In this document: piece after piece, positions 41,701-59,830 of the stretch
Position numbering within the stretch: position 1 is the stretch's first letter
Layout: each line of letters opens with the position of its first letter
From: the human T2T-CHM13v2.0 reference genome, Homo sapiens
Strand: one strand, 5' to 3'
Assembly: GCF_009914755.1 (NCBI RefSeq)
Contig: NC_060928.1
DNA length: 64,000 nt
Translations under genes and position numbers: made by a program
Notes under the pieces: generated by a model
What the model saw: only the letters and a program-made list of their open reading frames with translations
What the model was told of the DNA's origin: nothing
The model's database searches: none

Positions 41701-42215
41701 CTAGTAAAATCAAGTGGAAAGATACGGTAATCACATTAGACTCTGACATTTTTACTTCTGTGTTTCCTAAAAATAAAACTGGAGCAGCAGCATTTTCCAC
41801 CTATTAAGCTATTCAGCACATTATTTCACTCTGCTTTACTCGACCCTTCCTTTCAAGGTAGTAATCTGGCACCATATGTCATGGTTACGCAACATATGGT
41901 GTTTCTGACTGACCACTAACAATACGTCACCTTTAAGTTGAATTGTATGTCTATTGTGGCTAACTGCACTTAAAATATATGGAATAATAAAATTAGAATA
42001 AATATGTTTCCATATTTGAACTCTACCCCTACTGTGAAGTCAAATGTCACAGAATTTCACATAAAAATCTGGCATAATGGTAGCATGTAAGGGGTGATCC
42101 ATTTATTATAGGTTAAAAAAACCCCAAATAAATTTAAAAAAAAAACAACAATATTGGTGCCAATTTTGAACCAAGTGACAGAGCGAGACTAGCAAACAAA
42201 TTATAAGATGCTGAT

Positions 42216-42529
42216 GGCCAGGCACAGTGGCTCACGCCTGTAATCCCAGCACTTTGGGAGGCCGACATAGGCAGATCACCTGAGATCAGGAGTTCGAGAC
42301 TAGCCTGGCCAACATGGCGAAACCCCATCTCTATTAAAAATACAAAAAAATTGGCCAGGCGTAGTGGTCCATGCCTGTAATCTCAGCTACTCAGGAGGGT
42401 GAGGCAGTAGAATCACAGGAGAATCGCTTGAACTTGGGACGTGGAGGTTGCAGTGAGCCGAGATCGTGCCACCATTGCACTCCAGCCGGGATGACAAGAG
42501 CGAAACCCCGTCTCAAAAAAAAAAAAAAA
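42216..42529 (+). mobile_element. Alu (AluS)
   Basis: Dimer; TSD AAGATGCTGA. Confidence 0.92.
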
Positions 42530-43622
42530 GATGCTGACAAGGAAAAGATATTGATATATTATTGAAGGTCTTTTTTTTTTAAACCAAAAATAAGGATTCT
42601 AAAATTATAAACAAGCCAAGGTATTAAGGTCATGTGTCACATTTGCCTTTCTCCTAAAAATCCCCACCATTTTAGAATAAGTATTGTACCTTTATACATG
42701 GAGAAAAATTAGTATAAAGAAGGTCATTTATCCCAGGTCCTAGAGTATATGGTGGAAATATGAAGAAACATCATGAAATTTTGAAGTACTATGGAGGAAT
42801 AACTATCTTTTGGGTGTGTTTTATCTATTTATTTTTAAACCTGTTTTATGTTTACAGTTTATTAGCTAATCAACATCAACGTGCAAAAGTAAGTGATAAG
42901 CCCCTGCTATATGGTTTTGTGTAAACTACAGTAGTTCATTCGTTTTGAAAAGTCACCAATATTTATGTCAACTGAACTATTAGTTACTGTAATGAATAGT
43001 ATTTAGACTCTAAAGTTATGAAACTATCCTGCAAGCCCTCTGCAAAAATGTGCTTCAGTGAATTTCCACGTGAATACATTTTCAAAGCAGGAAACCAGGC
43101 AGCATTTTTGGGCTTATTTTAAAGAACAAAAGAGTATCTATACTATATGTGATTATAATCTAATAGTTTTTAAGTTAGTACAAAATAAGCAAAATAAAAC
43201 TTTAATGAAAAAAGAAAAGTCAGGCGGAAGAAAGGACCAACATTTGCTTTCAACCCTATAATTTATTGGCAAAAGTTAAATCCAGCAAATACCTACTTCC
43301 TAAAATAAAAAATAAATAAATTTGGTCAGACTAGAGTTATCTTAATGGAAAAGAACATTTTACAACTACACAGCTGGCATCGCGTAAAATAAATGAATCA
43401 ACTACTTGAAAAGGGAAATTACTAACAAGGGACTTACAAGAATATGGTGAATGAGAAAAGGAAGTAGAGTTCACTGTGATTTTAGGAGAAAGCAGAAGGA
43501 AACTGTGGGGAGCTGGGGACACCGGACAATAATGCAAGAGGTGATGTATAAAGTTATGAAACTGTAACTTGGTCAGAAACTTAAAAGACTGTCAAAAAAA
43601 ATCTGCTAACCATTGAAACAGA

Positions 43623-43662
43623 CTAATTCCAGTTCTGACATTCTAATTCCAGTTCTGACATT
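43623..43662. repeat. Perfect 20-bp tandem duplication (CTAATTCCAGTTCTGACATT x2)
   Basis: Directly visible. Confidence 0.95.
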
Positions 43663-43680
43663 TTCCTCCCCCTTTCCTAC

Positions 43681-43860
43681 CATCTCTGAGTAAGGGCGAA
43701 TATTGAAGGGGAAGACGGTGGCTGCTAATGCACACAGGAAGTCAGGGCTCATCCACATGGAGGCAAGGTCTGGCACGTTGTGATACAAATATCTGAAGAA
43801 CTGCATCAGGGTCACAGGATATTCTCGGAGCCAAGATCCCTCTTCTTCTGATTGCCAAGG
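43681..43860 (-). CDS. WDFY3: WDFY3 exon w6 (180 nt): PWQSEEEGSWLREYPVT...RPYSEM
   Basis: aacag|CCT acceptor; ATG|gtagga donor; phase 0-0. Confidence 0.96.
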
Positions 43861-45249
43861 CTGTTATGGGGACATGAGAGGAAACACTATGTTACAGTTA
43901 TTGACACTGCTATAAATTATTTTAAAAATCCATTACTCAGTATTCTTATGAAACTGGATATATTGATGGTCCAGAACTCTGTAAACCACACATATGAGCA
44001 AACACACATGTATACACACATGCAAAGAAATTTAGAAACTAGCTAAAACAAAAAATCCCCTTAGAAACTGATAGGATCATTGTCTAATCATTAGATTAAT
44101 CGCAGGTCTGCTAACTAGAATCAGTGGTTTTGATTATTCATTATTATTACCATGAGTGTTGGTGGTACCAAAGTGGCTGTATTACCATTAATGTTGCCCC
44201 ATCGTGCATCATGCTAAGTTAGGAGTAAGATAAAAGGTAGGGAAGTTACTTCACCTTTCTGAGCCTCACTCTTAAGCATTATGTAATACAACAATGATGA
44301 TGATAAAAAAATGAATACTGTATATTTGAACAATGTATATCTTCTGATACCTGCCCAGAGAGTATCTTTTAAAAAACTTTTCTTATGTCTTTATAGTTGT
44401 TTATGAATAGGCACCAAAACGAGACTCCTAAAACATTCTAAATTAATACATTTAATGGTAATGTTCTGTTCTTAGATGATACAACAATAGTTTTGACTGA
44501 AATTAGATTTGTCAGGTACATGTAATTCAAGGAGTCAAGTTAATATTTCCTGTTACAACACAATCCTAAATTGTATAAACAAATCTGGTCATTATTCACA
44601 GTATTCCTGTCAGATCAACAGGAACATCAGTTCTGTCTTTTACTCTTTCAATTCTTCATCTCTAAGTTAGACATAATTAGAGCAGAACAAAAGCAAAAAC
44701 AAAATCAAATGAAACTTGTATTGTTAACATTTCTGACCTCTAAATGAAAGTGACTTTAAAAGTTGAAATAACATATTATTGTAATAACATATACTACAAA
44801 TATGTACTCATTATATATGTACTCATTATTATATATTTTATTACATTAATAAGTTAATACTTACGAAGCACTTATTATGTATCAGCCATGTTTATAAGTG
44901 CTTTATGTGTATACACTATCTTATTAATTCCTCACAAATACCCTAAGAGATGCATGCTATTATTGTCGGCATTTTAAACACCAGGAAACTGAGGCACATA
45001 ACTGAGGATAATAGATTGGAAGTACCAGAGGTGAGATTTTAACCCAGGTAGGGCTCCAGAGTGCACGGTCTTAACAACTACACAGTCTGTTCTTACGTTA
45101 GATATAATTTTGTCTAACATAAGAGTCTGAAGTTCCAGAGATCATGCAGTAAATAAAGTAGTTATGTTACCAAAAAATTCCTCTATTTACAAAAAAGTAT
45201 CCTAGGCAGGAGGAATTCTCAATAGGCCTGGGCATTTGAGTGAACTTAC

Positions 45250-45384
45250 TGAAGTCAGCATGCTGCGGAGCATTCCCAATAATAAAAAAACAGCTTCTGT
45301 GCATACGTTATGGATAGAAGAGACCACAGTTCCGCTGGAGGCAGGAACTCCAAAGATGAATGTCCAAATGGAATCCAAATCAAA
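45250..45384 (-). CDS. WDFY3: WDFY3 exon w5 (135 nt): FDLDSIWTFIFG...MLRSMLTS
   Basis: ctgcag|TTT acceptor; TCA|gtaagt donor; phase 0-0. Confidence 0.96.
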
Positions 45385-46286
45385 CTGCAGAGGTGAAAGG
45401 GAGCAAATATTAGCCACCACTAATTTTTCAGTAGAGACCCTCATAAGTTCTAATAGGCTAAAATTTCTTTGAAACTAGTTTTTTGTTGTTTTTAAAAGTA
45501 ACCAATGATATAGACATAAAGAACTAGTACCCTTCCATCCTACATTTTAAAACTCATTTTTATAGATATAAAAAATTGAATACTGTGTATCATTCTGCAT
45601 TCTGCCTTAGGTACCTATGTTAAAAACATTGCTTTCTACCTTTTTCCTAAAGAATATAAAAATAAAATACATGTTAATTAGCCAAGAGATAAAATTATAG
45701 AACAAATAAATTTAAGCAAGATCTTTTAAACAAAGCACATTAAGCTCACTTCTTTCCCATTCTCAGCAGTATTTTAATTTTAGATTACTTACAGATAAAT
45801 CTGATAAAATAAAATTAATTTAAGACTTATTAATAGCAGTTTTATATATAAACTTTATGACTATGGCACCATGGATATTGAAAAATTGCATAACCAATAC
45901 AACTGTGCTAGGCATGAATCTGTATCTTAATTTAATCTAAGGGCACAGACTCAAGTGTTTACACTTAAAAGATTTTGTCAACTACTAGAATTGATTTGAA
46001 TAGCATTTGGCATTAGGATGGAAGTGTAGTTGAGTCTAAAAGCTAAATTCCTACAGTGCCACAAACATAAGCTATATACAGACATCTTTAACAGTCTTCA
46101 ATTAGAAGTCAAGTAAAGTCTTACTATTTTCCCAATGTGGATGCTATCTATCATTAAGTAATTTTTTTTTCCTAATCCGAATTTGCACTGAGAATCCTGT
46201 CATACCCACTCGAGGAGTGATATTTAATTTATGGTATATAAGCCACTCCTTTCATTTTTAATTCTGCAGAAATCAATCACATGACA

Positions 46287-46627
46287 GGCTGGACACAGTG
46301 GCTCGCGCCTGTAATCCCAGCACTTTGGGAGGCTGAGGCAGGTGGATCACCTGAGGTCAGGAGTTCAAGACCAGCTAGGCCAACATGGTGAGACCCTGTC
46401 TCTACTAAAAATACAAAAATTAGCCCAGCGGGGTAGCGCCTGACTGTAGTTTCAGCTACTCAGGAGACTGAGGTGGGAGAATCGCTTGAACCCGGGAGGT
46501 GGAATTTTCAATCAGCTGAGATCATGCCACTGCACTCTAGCCTGGGTGACAGAGTAAGACTCTGTCTCACAAATAAAATAAAATAAAATAAAATAAAATA
46601 AAATAAAATAAAATAAAATAAAATAAA
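46287..46627 (+). mobile_element. Alu (AluS) with (AAATA)n microsatellite tail
   Basis: Dimer; about 11 AAATA units at 46571-46627. Confidence 0.92.
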
Positions 46628-46909
46628 TCATATAACAAAAGAGTTCTTTAGATCACCATTAAATATCATCCAGAGTCTTTATGCATCTATAATATACAGA
46701 GTTATCATATAGGAAAAAATTGTAAATAGGGACAAAGGACTTTTTGGGAAAATTTTCTGTGGTATTTTCAGATTTTTCTGTCCCAAATCAAACCTTAAAT
46801 GTGGGGAAAGTGATGGAATTGACAGTTGGTTTTACAGTGATTATCCATTATCCTACGGTGATTCTTTGGAATACGTAATTTCACGCACCCCTTGCTAGAT
46901 AATTCCTAC

Positions 46910-47145
46910 CTGGCAACCCTGCTTACTCCGGCAGCTGATGACAGGCACACTGACCTGCAGGTTCTCAGGCAGCTCACTAACTGGCTGCTGCAGAAACAAG
47001 GCCATGAGGAGAAAATAGAGGGCAGGGACATTAGTGTGTTTAGGAAGGAATGACTGAAGGACTGGAAAACCAGGAAAATGACAAGCATCTCGGTTAATCT
47101 CCCTGACCGTCGATCTCCCACCAGCACTTCTGCCCACGTTGAATC
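46910..47145 (-). CDS. WDFY3: WDFY3 exon w4 (236 nt): FNVGRSAGG...LPENLQVSVPVISCRSKQGCQ
   Basis: Overlaps ORF 46895..47137; cttag|GA acceptor; CAG|gtagga donor (alternative donor at 46954, see findings). Confidence 0.94.
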
Positions 47146-47566
47146 CTAAGAGAAGAGGAATATAACAGTAAGTGCAAAATCAGCAACTGATAAACATGCT
47201 GCATTAACAAAGAAGGAAGTAATTCAGTATGTGTTAACATTTCTATCCAGAACATTCATACTACTATAGGCAATTAAGTATTCAACTGTTGAATTAATCT
47301 TCAGTTAAAAGTTTTACTTTACAATTTGTTTGACTTTAGCAAACCTGTCTATTAGGATATAGGTTTTGAAACACAGTTGAGACAATAAGATACAAGGGAG
47401 TTTGAAAATCCTTCTTAAGGTGCTGTAAGTTCTACTTATTAAATGAAAGACCTCAGAAGAGCTCTAGTGTTCTTGTAGTTCCCTAAGAAAAAAGTGAAAT
47501 CCAAAATACAGCCAAAATTTAGAATGCTACAAAAACATAACTTAAAAATATCCTTGTTATGATATA

Positions 47567-47735
47567 TTTTTATTTTTTTGAGACACAGTTTTGCTTTGTT
47601 GCCCAGGCTGGAGTGCAGTGCCATGATATTGGCTCACTGCAATCTCCACCTCCTAGGGTCAAAGCAGTCCTCCCACCTCAGCCTCCTGAGTAGCTGGGAC
47701 TACAGACATGAGCTACCACCCCCAGCTAATTTTTG
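47567..47735 (-). mobile_element. Alu right-arm fragment
   Basis: GTTGCCCAGGCTGGAGTGCAGTG..CTCAGCCTCCTGAGTAGCTGGGACTACAG. Confidence 0.85.
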
Positions 47736-48237
47736 TAACTTGCTATAATGTAGTTAATATATTTCATTGTCCTGAAAATCATGAAAAACTAGTTAACCTT
47801 AAATTACCTATGAATTTAGAGACAAGACTAAATGAGTAAGTAAAACAATCTTTACTCACAACATGATCTGTAATCTGTTGGAAAGCTGCTGGGCAGTGGG
47901 ATGGTAAATCCAAGCCCGTTGTGGCTGCAGCTATCCACTGGCTGAACTTAACATCCAGAATTCCCTCTAGAAACCCAGCTTTTTAAGGAGATAATCAGTT
48001 CTTACTAATGTAGCTTATGGCATCAGTGTTTCCATCAATCTTGTTTCCTCTGTTTTATAATGAAACTCAGGATACACCCTAAGCATGTGGTTCACCTCAT
48101 ACCTAGGGAAGTACTCAGTACACAGTGAATGTTTGTCAAATTTTCAATGGAAACTTTTGTGAATAGCAACTAATAGATGAGGAACTGATTTCGGTCTGAA
48201 GCAATTTGTATTTCAAATAGATATTTGCATTTATTAT

Positions 48238-48530
48238 TTATTCTTTAAGATCTGAGGGTTCACTCTGTTGCCCAGGCTGGAGTACAGTGGCATGATCGTA
48301 GCTCACTTAACCTCAAACTCCTGGACTCAAAGGATCCTCCCGCCTCAGCTTCCCCAGTAGCTAGCACTACAGGCACATGCAACCATGCCTGGCTAATTAA
48401 AAAAATTTTTTGGTAGAGACAAGGTCTTGCTATGTTGCTCAGGCTGGTCTCAAACTCCTAGTGTCAAATGATGCTCCCGTCTTAGCCTCCCAAAGCACTA
48501 AGATTACAGGCATGAGAGACTGCACTCAGC
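48238..48530 (-). mobile_element. Alu (AluJ)
   Basis: Reverse dimer. Confidence 0.88.
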
Positions 48531-48801
48531 AAAGATATCCATATTTTTTTCAACTTCTTTTTTTCTGGAGTGCAGCAAAGTACATATTACAACTGCTATT
48601 TTATATAATAAAGGAAAAATTTATGTCTAGGTTACTTTCAAAATATTTTATCCTAACCAATTCCTCAGTGTGACGTGATTAACTCCAAAGTATGCTCTTC
48701 TAATTAATAAAAAAATTATATAGCAATTTAAAAAACTCTTTCCCATATCATTCCTTAATCACAATGAACATGTGAGGCAGAAATTACTATTATCATTTTT
48801 A

Positions 48802-52610
<3,809 letters not shown>

Positions 52611-52844
52611 GTCACAATGTGGCATAAGTGGAGGCACTATGATTTGACAACTCATTTCTCCATTTTAGAGTCTGTAAAATTATTGTTTTCTTTGCCCTCA
52701 TTAATGAAACTGCCACATTTCTGAAAGATTGGCTTAATTAGAATGGCTTAATTAGGAGATCGTGCTGATTTTTCTTTATAGAAATTCTAAATAAAATTGT
52801 AAGATTAAACAATGTTTTGAGCTCTAAGAAATCAAAAGGCATCT

Positions 52845-52950
52845 CAGCTACTCAGGAGGCTGAGATGGGAGGACTGCTTGAGCCCAGGAGCTTAAGTCTA
52901 GCCTGGACCACATAACAAGACCCAATCTCTAAAAAATAAAAAAAATTTAA
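52845..52950 (+). mobile_element. Alu monomer fragment
   Basis: CAGCTACTCAGGAGGCTGAG..CTTGAGCCCAGGAG..A tail. Confidence 0.75.
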
Positions 52951-53175
52951 AAAGTGAAAAAGAAACCAAAAGACATCAAGTGGTTATTTTATACATTAAA
53001 TAGGAAAATAGATTTTGATTACATTGCAAGTCCTAAAAAAAAACCAAAAAACTGGCATTCTCATTTTCCTCTCCTCTCACATTATTTTCCCCTATAATTA
53101 ATCTTAAGGAATATTTAATATATCACGATTAAGCATTAATTTAGATACAAGTTTCAGCTACATGAAAGATTTTTA

Positions 53176-53540
53176 TGGCAGCCATAACAAAGAATGAGTT
53201 CATGTCCTTTGCAGGGACATGGACAAAGCTGGAAACCATCATCCTCAGCAAACTAACACAGGAACAGAAAACCAAACACCGCATGTTCTCACTCATAAGT
53301 GGGAGTTGAACAATGAGAACACATGGACACAGGGAGGGGAACATCATGCACCGGGGTCTGTTGTAGGGTGGGGGTTAAGGGGAGGGAGAGAATTAGGACA
53401 AATACCCAATGCATGTGGGGCTTAAAACCTAGATGACGGGCTGATAGGTGCAGCAAACCACCATGGCACATGTATACATACATAATAAACCTGAATGTTC
53501 TGCACATGTATCCCAGAAATTAAAGTAAAATTTTAAAAAA
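53176..53540 (+). mobile_element. Older L1PA 3'-end fragment
   Basis: GCAGCCATAA..GAGTTCATGTCCTTTGCAGGGACATGG...CTGCACATGTATCCCAGAA typical of L1 ORF2 end and 3'UTR. Confidence 0.85.
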
Positions 53541-54563
53541 TCTATTTTTATAAAGAAAAATTTTACAAAAACCAATAAATGTGAATAAAAAAGTAAAAAA
53601 AAAAAAGGTTGCCATTCCGATCAAGGAGAAATAGAATCAAATGAGCTGATATGTACACTTGTTTACATACACAAAAATGTGTATGTGTCAGATAGATATT
53701 CAGGGAAAATTAAGTTAAGTGGGGTCAAATTGAAATTAAATTTAAATTGAATACCTAGATATAGGAGCAGCATATGCATGCTCATGCAAGTACCAATGAA
53801 GGACAAAAAGATTCTAATGCATGAAATCAGGTAGGTCAGACACAGTGAAAGCACCTCTCTCTAATATTACTAAAGTGACGCAGGACAGAAAAAGCACAGG
53901 ACTAACAAAAGACAGATTCTTAGAGAGTATTACTGCCTAGCGAAATAACCTTATGTAGTTAACAGTCTTAATTTCCTAATTAGAGAAATTAATCCTTACT
54001 TTATATTCATTAGGCTTATTTTCTAGAAAATAAAACTTATATGCTATAAAATATATGCCTGTCTCCAGAATTATGAAGGACAAATGAGATGATATATGTG
54101 AACTAATTTTGCAAACCACAATGTACTATTATAAATCTCAGGCGTTATTACTACTGCTGCTGTTGGCCTTCAAAATAAGCATTGCTGTCAATTAGCATTT
54201 AAACCTTGCATATTCAACAGAACTCACATTCAATTGTGCCTTTCGTTATTTATTCTCCAGTAGGTATTATTAAGGCCAATAAACGAAACTTCTTACTACC
54301 AAAATGTTCAAAATAATCATATCTGTAGATTAAATCCTTCCCCAGAGTTCATGTAAAATGTGATCTATTTTTTGAGCACAAAAGTACCCATGATGATCAT
54401 TTAAAATGTATATTATAAAGCAGACAATTTTCTTTAGAAATCATTTCACTGTGACATGGAAATGATATTACTTTTCCTTTATCACATACAAAGTTTCTTC
54501 AGACCTTCTTCACATCTGAAATAACAATACAATAGTACTATGTTGAAAGACCTGTCTTCCTAT

Positions 54564-54865
54564 GGCTGGGTGCAGTGGCTCACGCCTGTAATCCCAGCAC
54601 TTTAGGAGGCGAAGGCGGGTGGATCACGAGGTCAGGAGATCGAGACCATCCTGGCTAACATGGTGAAACCCCGTCTCTACTAAAAAAAAAAAAATACAAA
54701 AAATTAGCCGGGCGTGGTGGCAGGCGCCTGTAGTCCCAGCTACTCAGGAGGCTGAGGCAGGAAGAATGAACCCGGAAGGTGGAGCTTGCAGTGAGCCAAG
54801 ATCGTGCCACTGCACTCCAGCCTGGGCGACAGAGCTAGACTCCGACTCAAAAAAAAAAAAAAAAA
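54564..54865 (+). mobile_element. AluY
   Basis: AluY diagnostics; TSD AAAGA(C/T)CTGTCTTCCTAT. Confidence 0.92.
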
Positions 54866-55793
54866 GATCTGTCTTCCTATAATTTGCTTTCATGTTTAAA
54901 GAAGTAGTACAGGCAGCAGCTAGACACTGATACTTAAACTTTTTTTCTATAAATGAATTACATATTAAATTCTAATCCCTATTTTTCCCATCGGACCAAG
55001 GTAAATAGATATTCTCAATATCAGCTTCTTAAGATCAGACACACAAACAATTAGATATGATTTACAAGGCAATGTTACATGACAAATGTATTTTTAAAAT
55101 TATTTAACTGAATGACTTTGCCTTTAAATAAAGACAGTATCTTCAAATATATATTTTCCAAAGTAATATTACTAATATGAATGGAAACATATGAGTTCAA
55201 ATAAATCTAGCATAGTAAACTGCAATTTTCTAACATTAGGTAAATGCTCAGTTATAGGCTGAAAATAGCTATGGTACTAGTGAGCTTAAATCCTTGTGTG
55301 GCAATATAACATAAATGTTAAAAGCATAGGCTTTGGAACTAAATAAAATGAATTTGGTTTCCTAATCTGCAAAATAGATATGATAGCATTTGCACCTCAC
55401 AGAGTTATTGTGATGAAATGTTATTGCCTGGCAAGTGTTTAGGAACTGGCACACAGTAAGTACTCAAAATAAATATTTATTATTATTATTAATTTAGTTC
55501 TACTACTGATAATTTGCTAATTATTTACTTACAGATCAGTAAGGCCTATACTACAAAAAGATCTTGAGGAATTCCCTGAGTTTTCAAATCTTAGTATGTT
55601 ATCTCTGTCTTCAGTTTGATTTGCCATTTAAAAGGACTAATTTGAAATCTTGTAAGCTCTTCCTTCTATCATTAATTAAAATTAATATCTCCTTAATGGT
55701 GATCAAACCGCAGAGGATAAGTTTACATAAAATTTAAAATAAAACAAAACACACCAGCTCATTTTCAAGCAGCTGACTAGAAAAGTCCCATAC

Positions 55794-56011
55794 CTAATAC
55801 AGTTCCAATCTTATTAGTTAAGACAGAATCTGTCTGTTCAAGCCATCCTCCACCACTGAGTCCTTCTTTAAACTTGATGAGAATAGACTGATTACTTAGT
55901 AGGACAACAAGAATCCTCATGGCTGCTGTAACTGTGGTGGAATGTAAGTGTTCCTCCATAAACATCATGATCCAGTCAAAACCCAGTGTCTTCACCAGTT
56001 CTTCACAAGCT
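55794..56011 (-). CDS. WDFY3: WDFY3 exon w3 (218 nt): ACEELVKTLGFDW...NKIGTVL
   Basis: Within ORF 55777..56019; aatag|A acceptor; G|gtatgg donor. Confidence 0.96.
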
Positions 56012-56235
56012 CTATTCAAGACAGATGGATTTAAAAAACAAAAAACAAAATTAATTTCAGAAATTAGGATTTCAAATCAAAAAGGAAAAAGAAGACTGAG
56101 TTTCATTCTGGAGATACTATAAATTTCAGGGTTAAAAAAATCTATTTAAAGTCAATGGCAATTCCTTCTTTTGCCTAACATGAATTAACTAGTAGTAGCA
56201 ACTGGTATAATCACTTTTAAAAAAGATTTACTTAC

Positions 56236-56356
56236 TGCAAATTAATGCTTGTCTTTTCTTTAGATGTATAAATTAGTTTTAGCAAGATATCCAGAAGTCT
56301 GTTCCTCAAAAGTATAAGATTAGCTGATACAAGACCTCCAAACTCCTCTTCAGTTC
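56236..56356 (-). CDS. WDFY3: WDFY3 exon w2 (121 nt): TEEEFGGLVSANLILLRNRLLDILLKLIYTSKEKTSINL
   Basis: tttag|GA acceptor; CA|gtaagt donor; phase 1 to 2. Confidence 0.95.
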
Positions 56357-57787
56357 CTAAAATAAAAATAAATACATTAAATCTCCCTAGTAGATAAGCT
56401 AAAAGAAAATTTACAACATAGTTCTTGGAAAGTTTACTGAAAAATATATCTTTTAGAAAACATTTTCTCCAGGACTGCTTTTCACCAACATGGACAAGAA
56501 AAAGGGTCAGTTAAATATTTCTCTTTAGAACTCCGAAAATTGTTCATTTACATTTGACATTTCCTAAACTACTGATAATAAGGCTGTGAGATATTTTTTA
56601 CATTAATATTCCCCTTGCCTTCCCAGTAGGGGGAAAGTCATCAAATGAGGACCATGTGAATAAAAATAATAATCACCACTGACTCTTAACCTCTCAAATC
56701 CTTAATTCTTAGTTTCTTTTTTGAAAGATACAGTTAAATCTACCAGATTTAAAAATTGAAAATAGGAAGCATAGACTTATTCAGTAAACGTAATACATAA
56801 AGAAAAGTTAGAATTAAATAGCACAGAAGAAAGGCAAAGGCGCACAAACGCATAAAGGAGAAATTAGAGAAGAAACGAAGAAATGGAGCTGAGACATTCT
56901 CAGATAGTACTGCAAGTACACAGAACTGGGCATCAACAACCCAGAGTTCTAGGCCCAGCTCTCCTCCAGCAGAGCTATGAGTTACTGAGTCACAGACCTC
57001 ACAGAGGCACACCTTTTAATGCACTTTGCAGATACTGTGTTTCTTACAAATTAAAGGGTTGTGGCAACCACACATACAGCAAGTCCAATCAGGCCATTTT
57101 TTTTTTTCAAAAGCATGTGCTCACTTCATGTCTCTGTCTTATTTTGGTAATTCTTACAGTGTTTCAAACTTTTTCATTATTGTAATATCTGTTACAGTCA
57201 TCTGTGATCTTTTATGTTACTATCATAATTGTTTACAAGTGCCACTGTCTTACTCTTATAAGACAGTGAACTTAGTCAAAAAATGTGTTTTGACAGCTCC
57301 GACTGGCCATTTACCCATCTCTCTCACTCTTCTCAGGCCTCCCTATTCCCTGAGTCACAATAATATCGAAATTAGACTAAGTAATAACTCTACAATGGCA
57401 CCTAGATGTTCAAGCGAAAGAAAGACTCATGTATCTCTCACTTTAAATCAAAAGCAAGAAATGATTAAGTTCAGAGAGGAAGGCATGTTGAAAGATCAGA
57501 CAAGCCCAAAGCTGGCCTCTTGTGCTAAAAAGTTAGCTAAGTTGTGAATACAAAGAAAAAATTCTTGAAGAAAACTGAAAGTGCTACTCCAGTGAACACG
57601 CAATGATAAAAAAAAAAAAAGAAAAGAAACAGCCTTATTGCTGATAGAAAGTTTTACTGGTCTAGATAGAAGACTAAATCATCTACAACATTCCCTTAAG
57701 CTAAAACATAATCCTGAGCAAAGCCTGAACTCTCTTCAACTCTATGAAGGCTGAGAGAGCTGAGAAAGCTGCAGAAAAAAAGTTGGG

Positions 57788-58100
57788 GGCCAGGTGCACT
57801 GGCTCGTGACTGTAACAGAACATTAGGGAGGCTGAGGTGGGACAATCTCTTGAGTACAGGAGTTTGAGACCAACCTGGGCAACATAGTTGGACCCTGTCT
57901 CTAAAAAAATGAAGAAATGAACTGGGTGTGTTAGCACACACCTATAGTCCCAGCTACTCAGAAGGCTGATGTATGAGGATCGCTGGAGCCCAGGAGGCCG
58001 AGGCTGCAGTGAGCCATGATTGTTCCACTGCACTCCAGCATGTGTGACAAAGTGAGACCCTGTCTCAAAAACAAATAGACAAAAAGAAAAAACAAAGAAA
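57788..58100 (+). mobile_element. Alu (AluJ) nested in Tigger1
   Basis: Dimer interrupting Tigger1 at GCAGAAAAAA|..AAAAGCTGGA. Confidence 0.88.
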
Positions 58101-59344
58101 AGCTGGAACCAGAAGAGGTTGGTTCATGAGGGTTAAGGAAAGAAGCCATCTCCATAACAAAAGTGAAAGACGAAGCAGCAAGTGCTGATGTAGAAGCTGC
58201 AGTAAGTTATACAGAAGATTTAGTAAGATAATTAATGAAAGTGACTACGCTAAACAACGGATTTCTCCAACAGACTTCTCAACAGATTTTTTTCCAACAA
58301 CTTCCTATTGGAAGAAGATGCCATCTAGGACTTTCATAGCTAGAGGGGAGAAGTTAATGCCTGGCTTTAAAGCTCCAAAGAACAGAGCTGACTCTCTTGT
58401 TAGAGGCTAATGCAGCTGGTGACTTTAAGTGGAAGCCAATGCTCATTGATCAACTTGAAAATCCTAGGGCCCTAAGAATAAAGCTCAATCTACTCTGCCT
58501 ATGCTCGCTAAATGAAATACCAGAGTCTGGATGACAGCACATCTGCTTACAGTACGGTTTACTGAAGATTTTAAGCCCACTGTTCAGACCTACTGCTCAG
58601 AAAAAAAGGTTCCTTTCAAGATACTACCAGCTCACTGACAATGCACCTAGCCATCCAAGAGCTCTGATGGAGATGCACAAAAAAATTAATGTTGTTTTCA
58701 TGCTTGCTAATATATCCATTCTGTAGCCCATGAATCAAGGAGTAATCTTGACTTTGAATTAACTTCAAAGTTTTATTATTTAAGAAATACATTTCTTAAG
58801 GCTATAGCTGCCATAGATGGTGATTTATCTGATGGATCTGGCCAAAATAAAGTAAATATTTTGGATAAAATTCACCACTTTAGACGCCATTAAGAATATT
58901 CATGATTCATGGGAAGAGGTCAAAATATAAACATTAACAGGAGTTGGAAGAAGTTGATTCCAATTCTTATGGATGACTTTGAGGGGCTCAAGACTTCAGT
59001 GGAAGAAGTAACTGCAGATGTGGTAGAAACAGCAAGAGAACTAGAATTAGAAGTGAAGCCTAGAGATGTGACTGAATTACTGCAATCTCATGATACAACT
59101 TTAACAGATGAGAAGCTGCTTCTTACAGATGAACAAGAAAGTGGTTTCTTGAGATGGAATCTACTTCTGGTCAAAATGCTTTGAACATTGTTCAAATAAC
59201 AACAAAGGACTCAGAATATTACATAAACTTAATTGATATAGGAGTGACAGTTTTTGAAAGGATTGACTCCAATTTCCAAAGAAGTTCTACCATAGGTAAA
59301 ATGCCATCAAACAGTATCGCATGCCACACAGAAAACTTTTGTGA

Positions 59345-59705
<361 letters not shown>

Positions 59706-59715
59706 TGCTTTTATT

Positions 59716-59830
59716 ATTTTTTTAATTGACATATAATTGTATGCATTCATGGGGAACAGTATGATATTTCAATACATGTGTACCATATGTAATGACCAAA
59801 TCAGAATAATTAGCATGTCCATCACCTGAA
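59716..59830 (-). mobile_element. L1MA-type 3'-end fragment nested in Tigger1
   Basis: TTAATTGACATATAATTGTA..GGGGAACAGTATGATATTTCAATACATG..ATCACC is the reverse of an L1MA 3' terminus. Confidence 0.65.
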
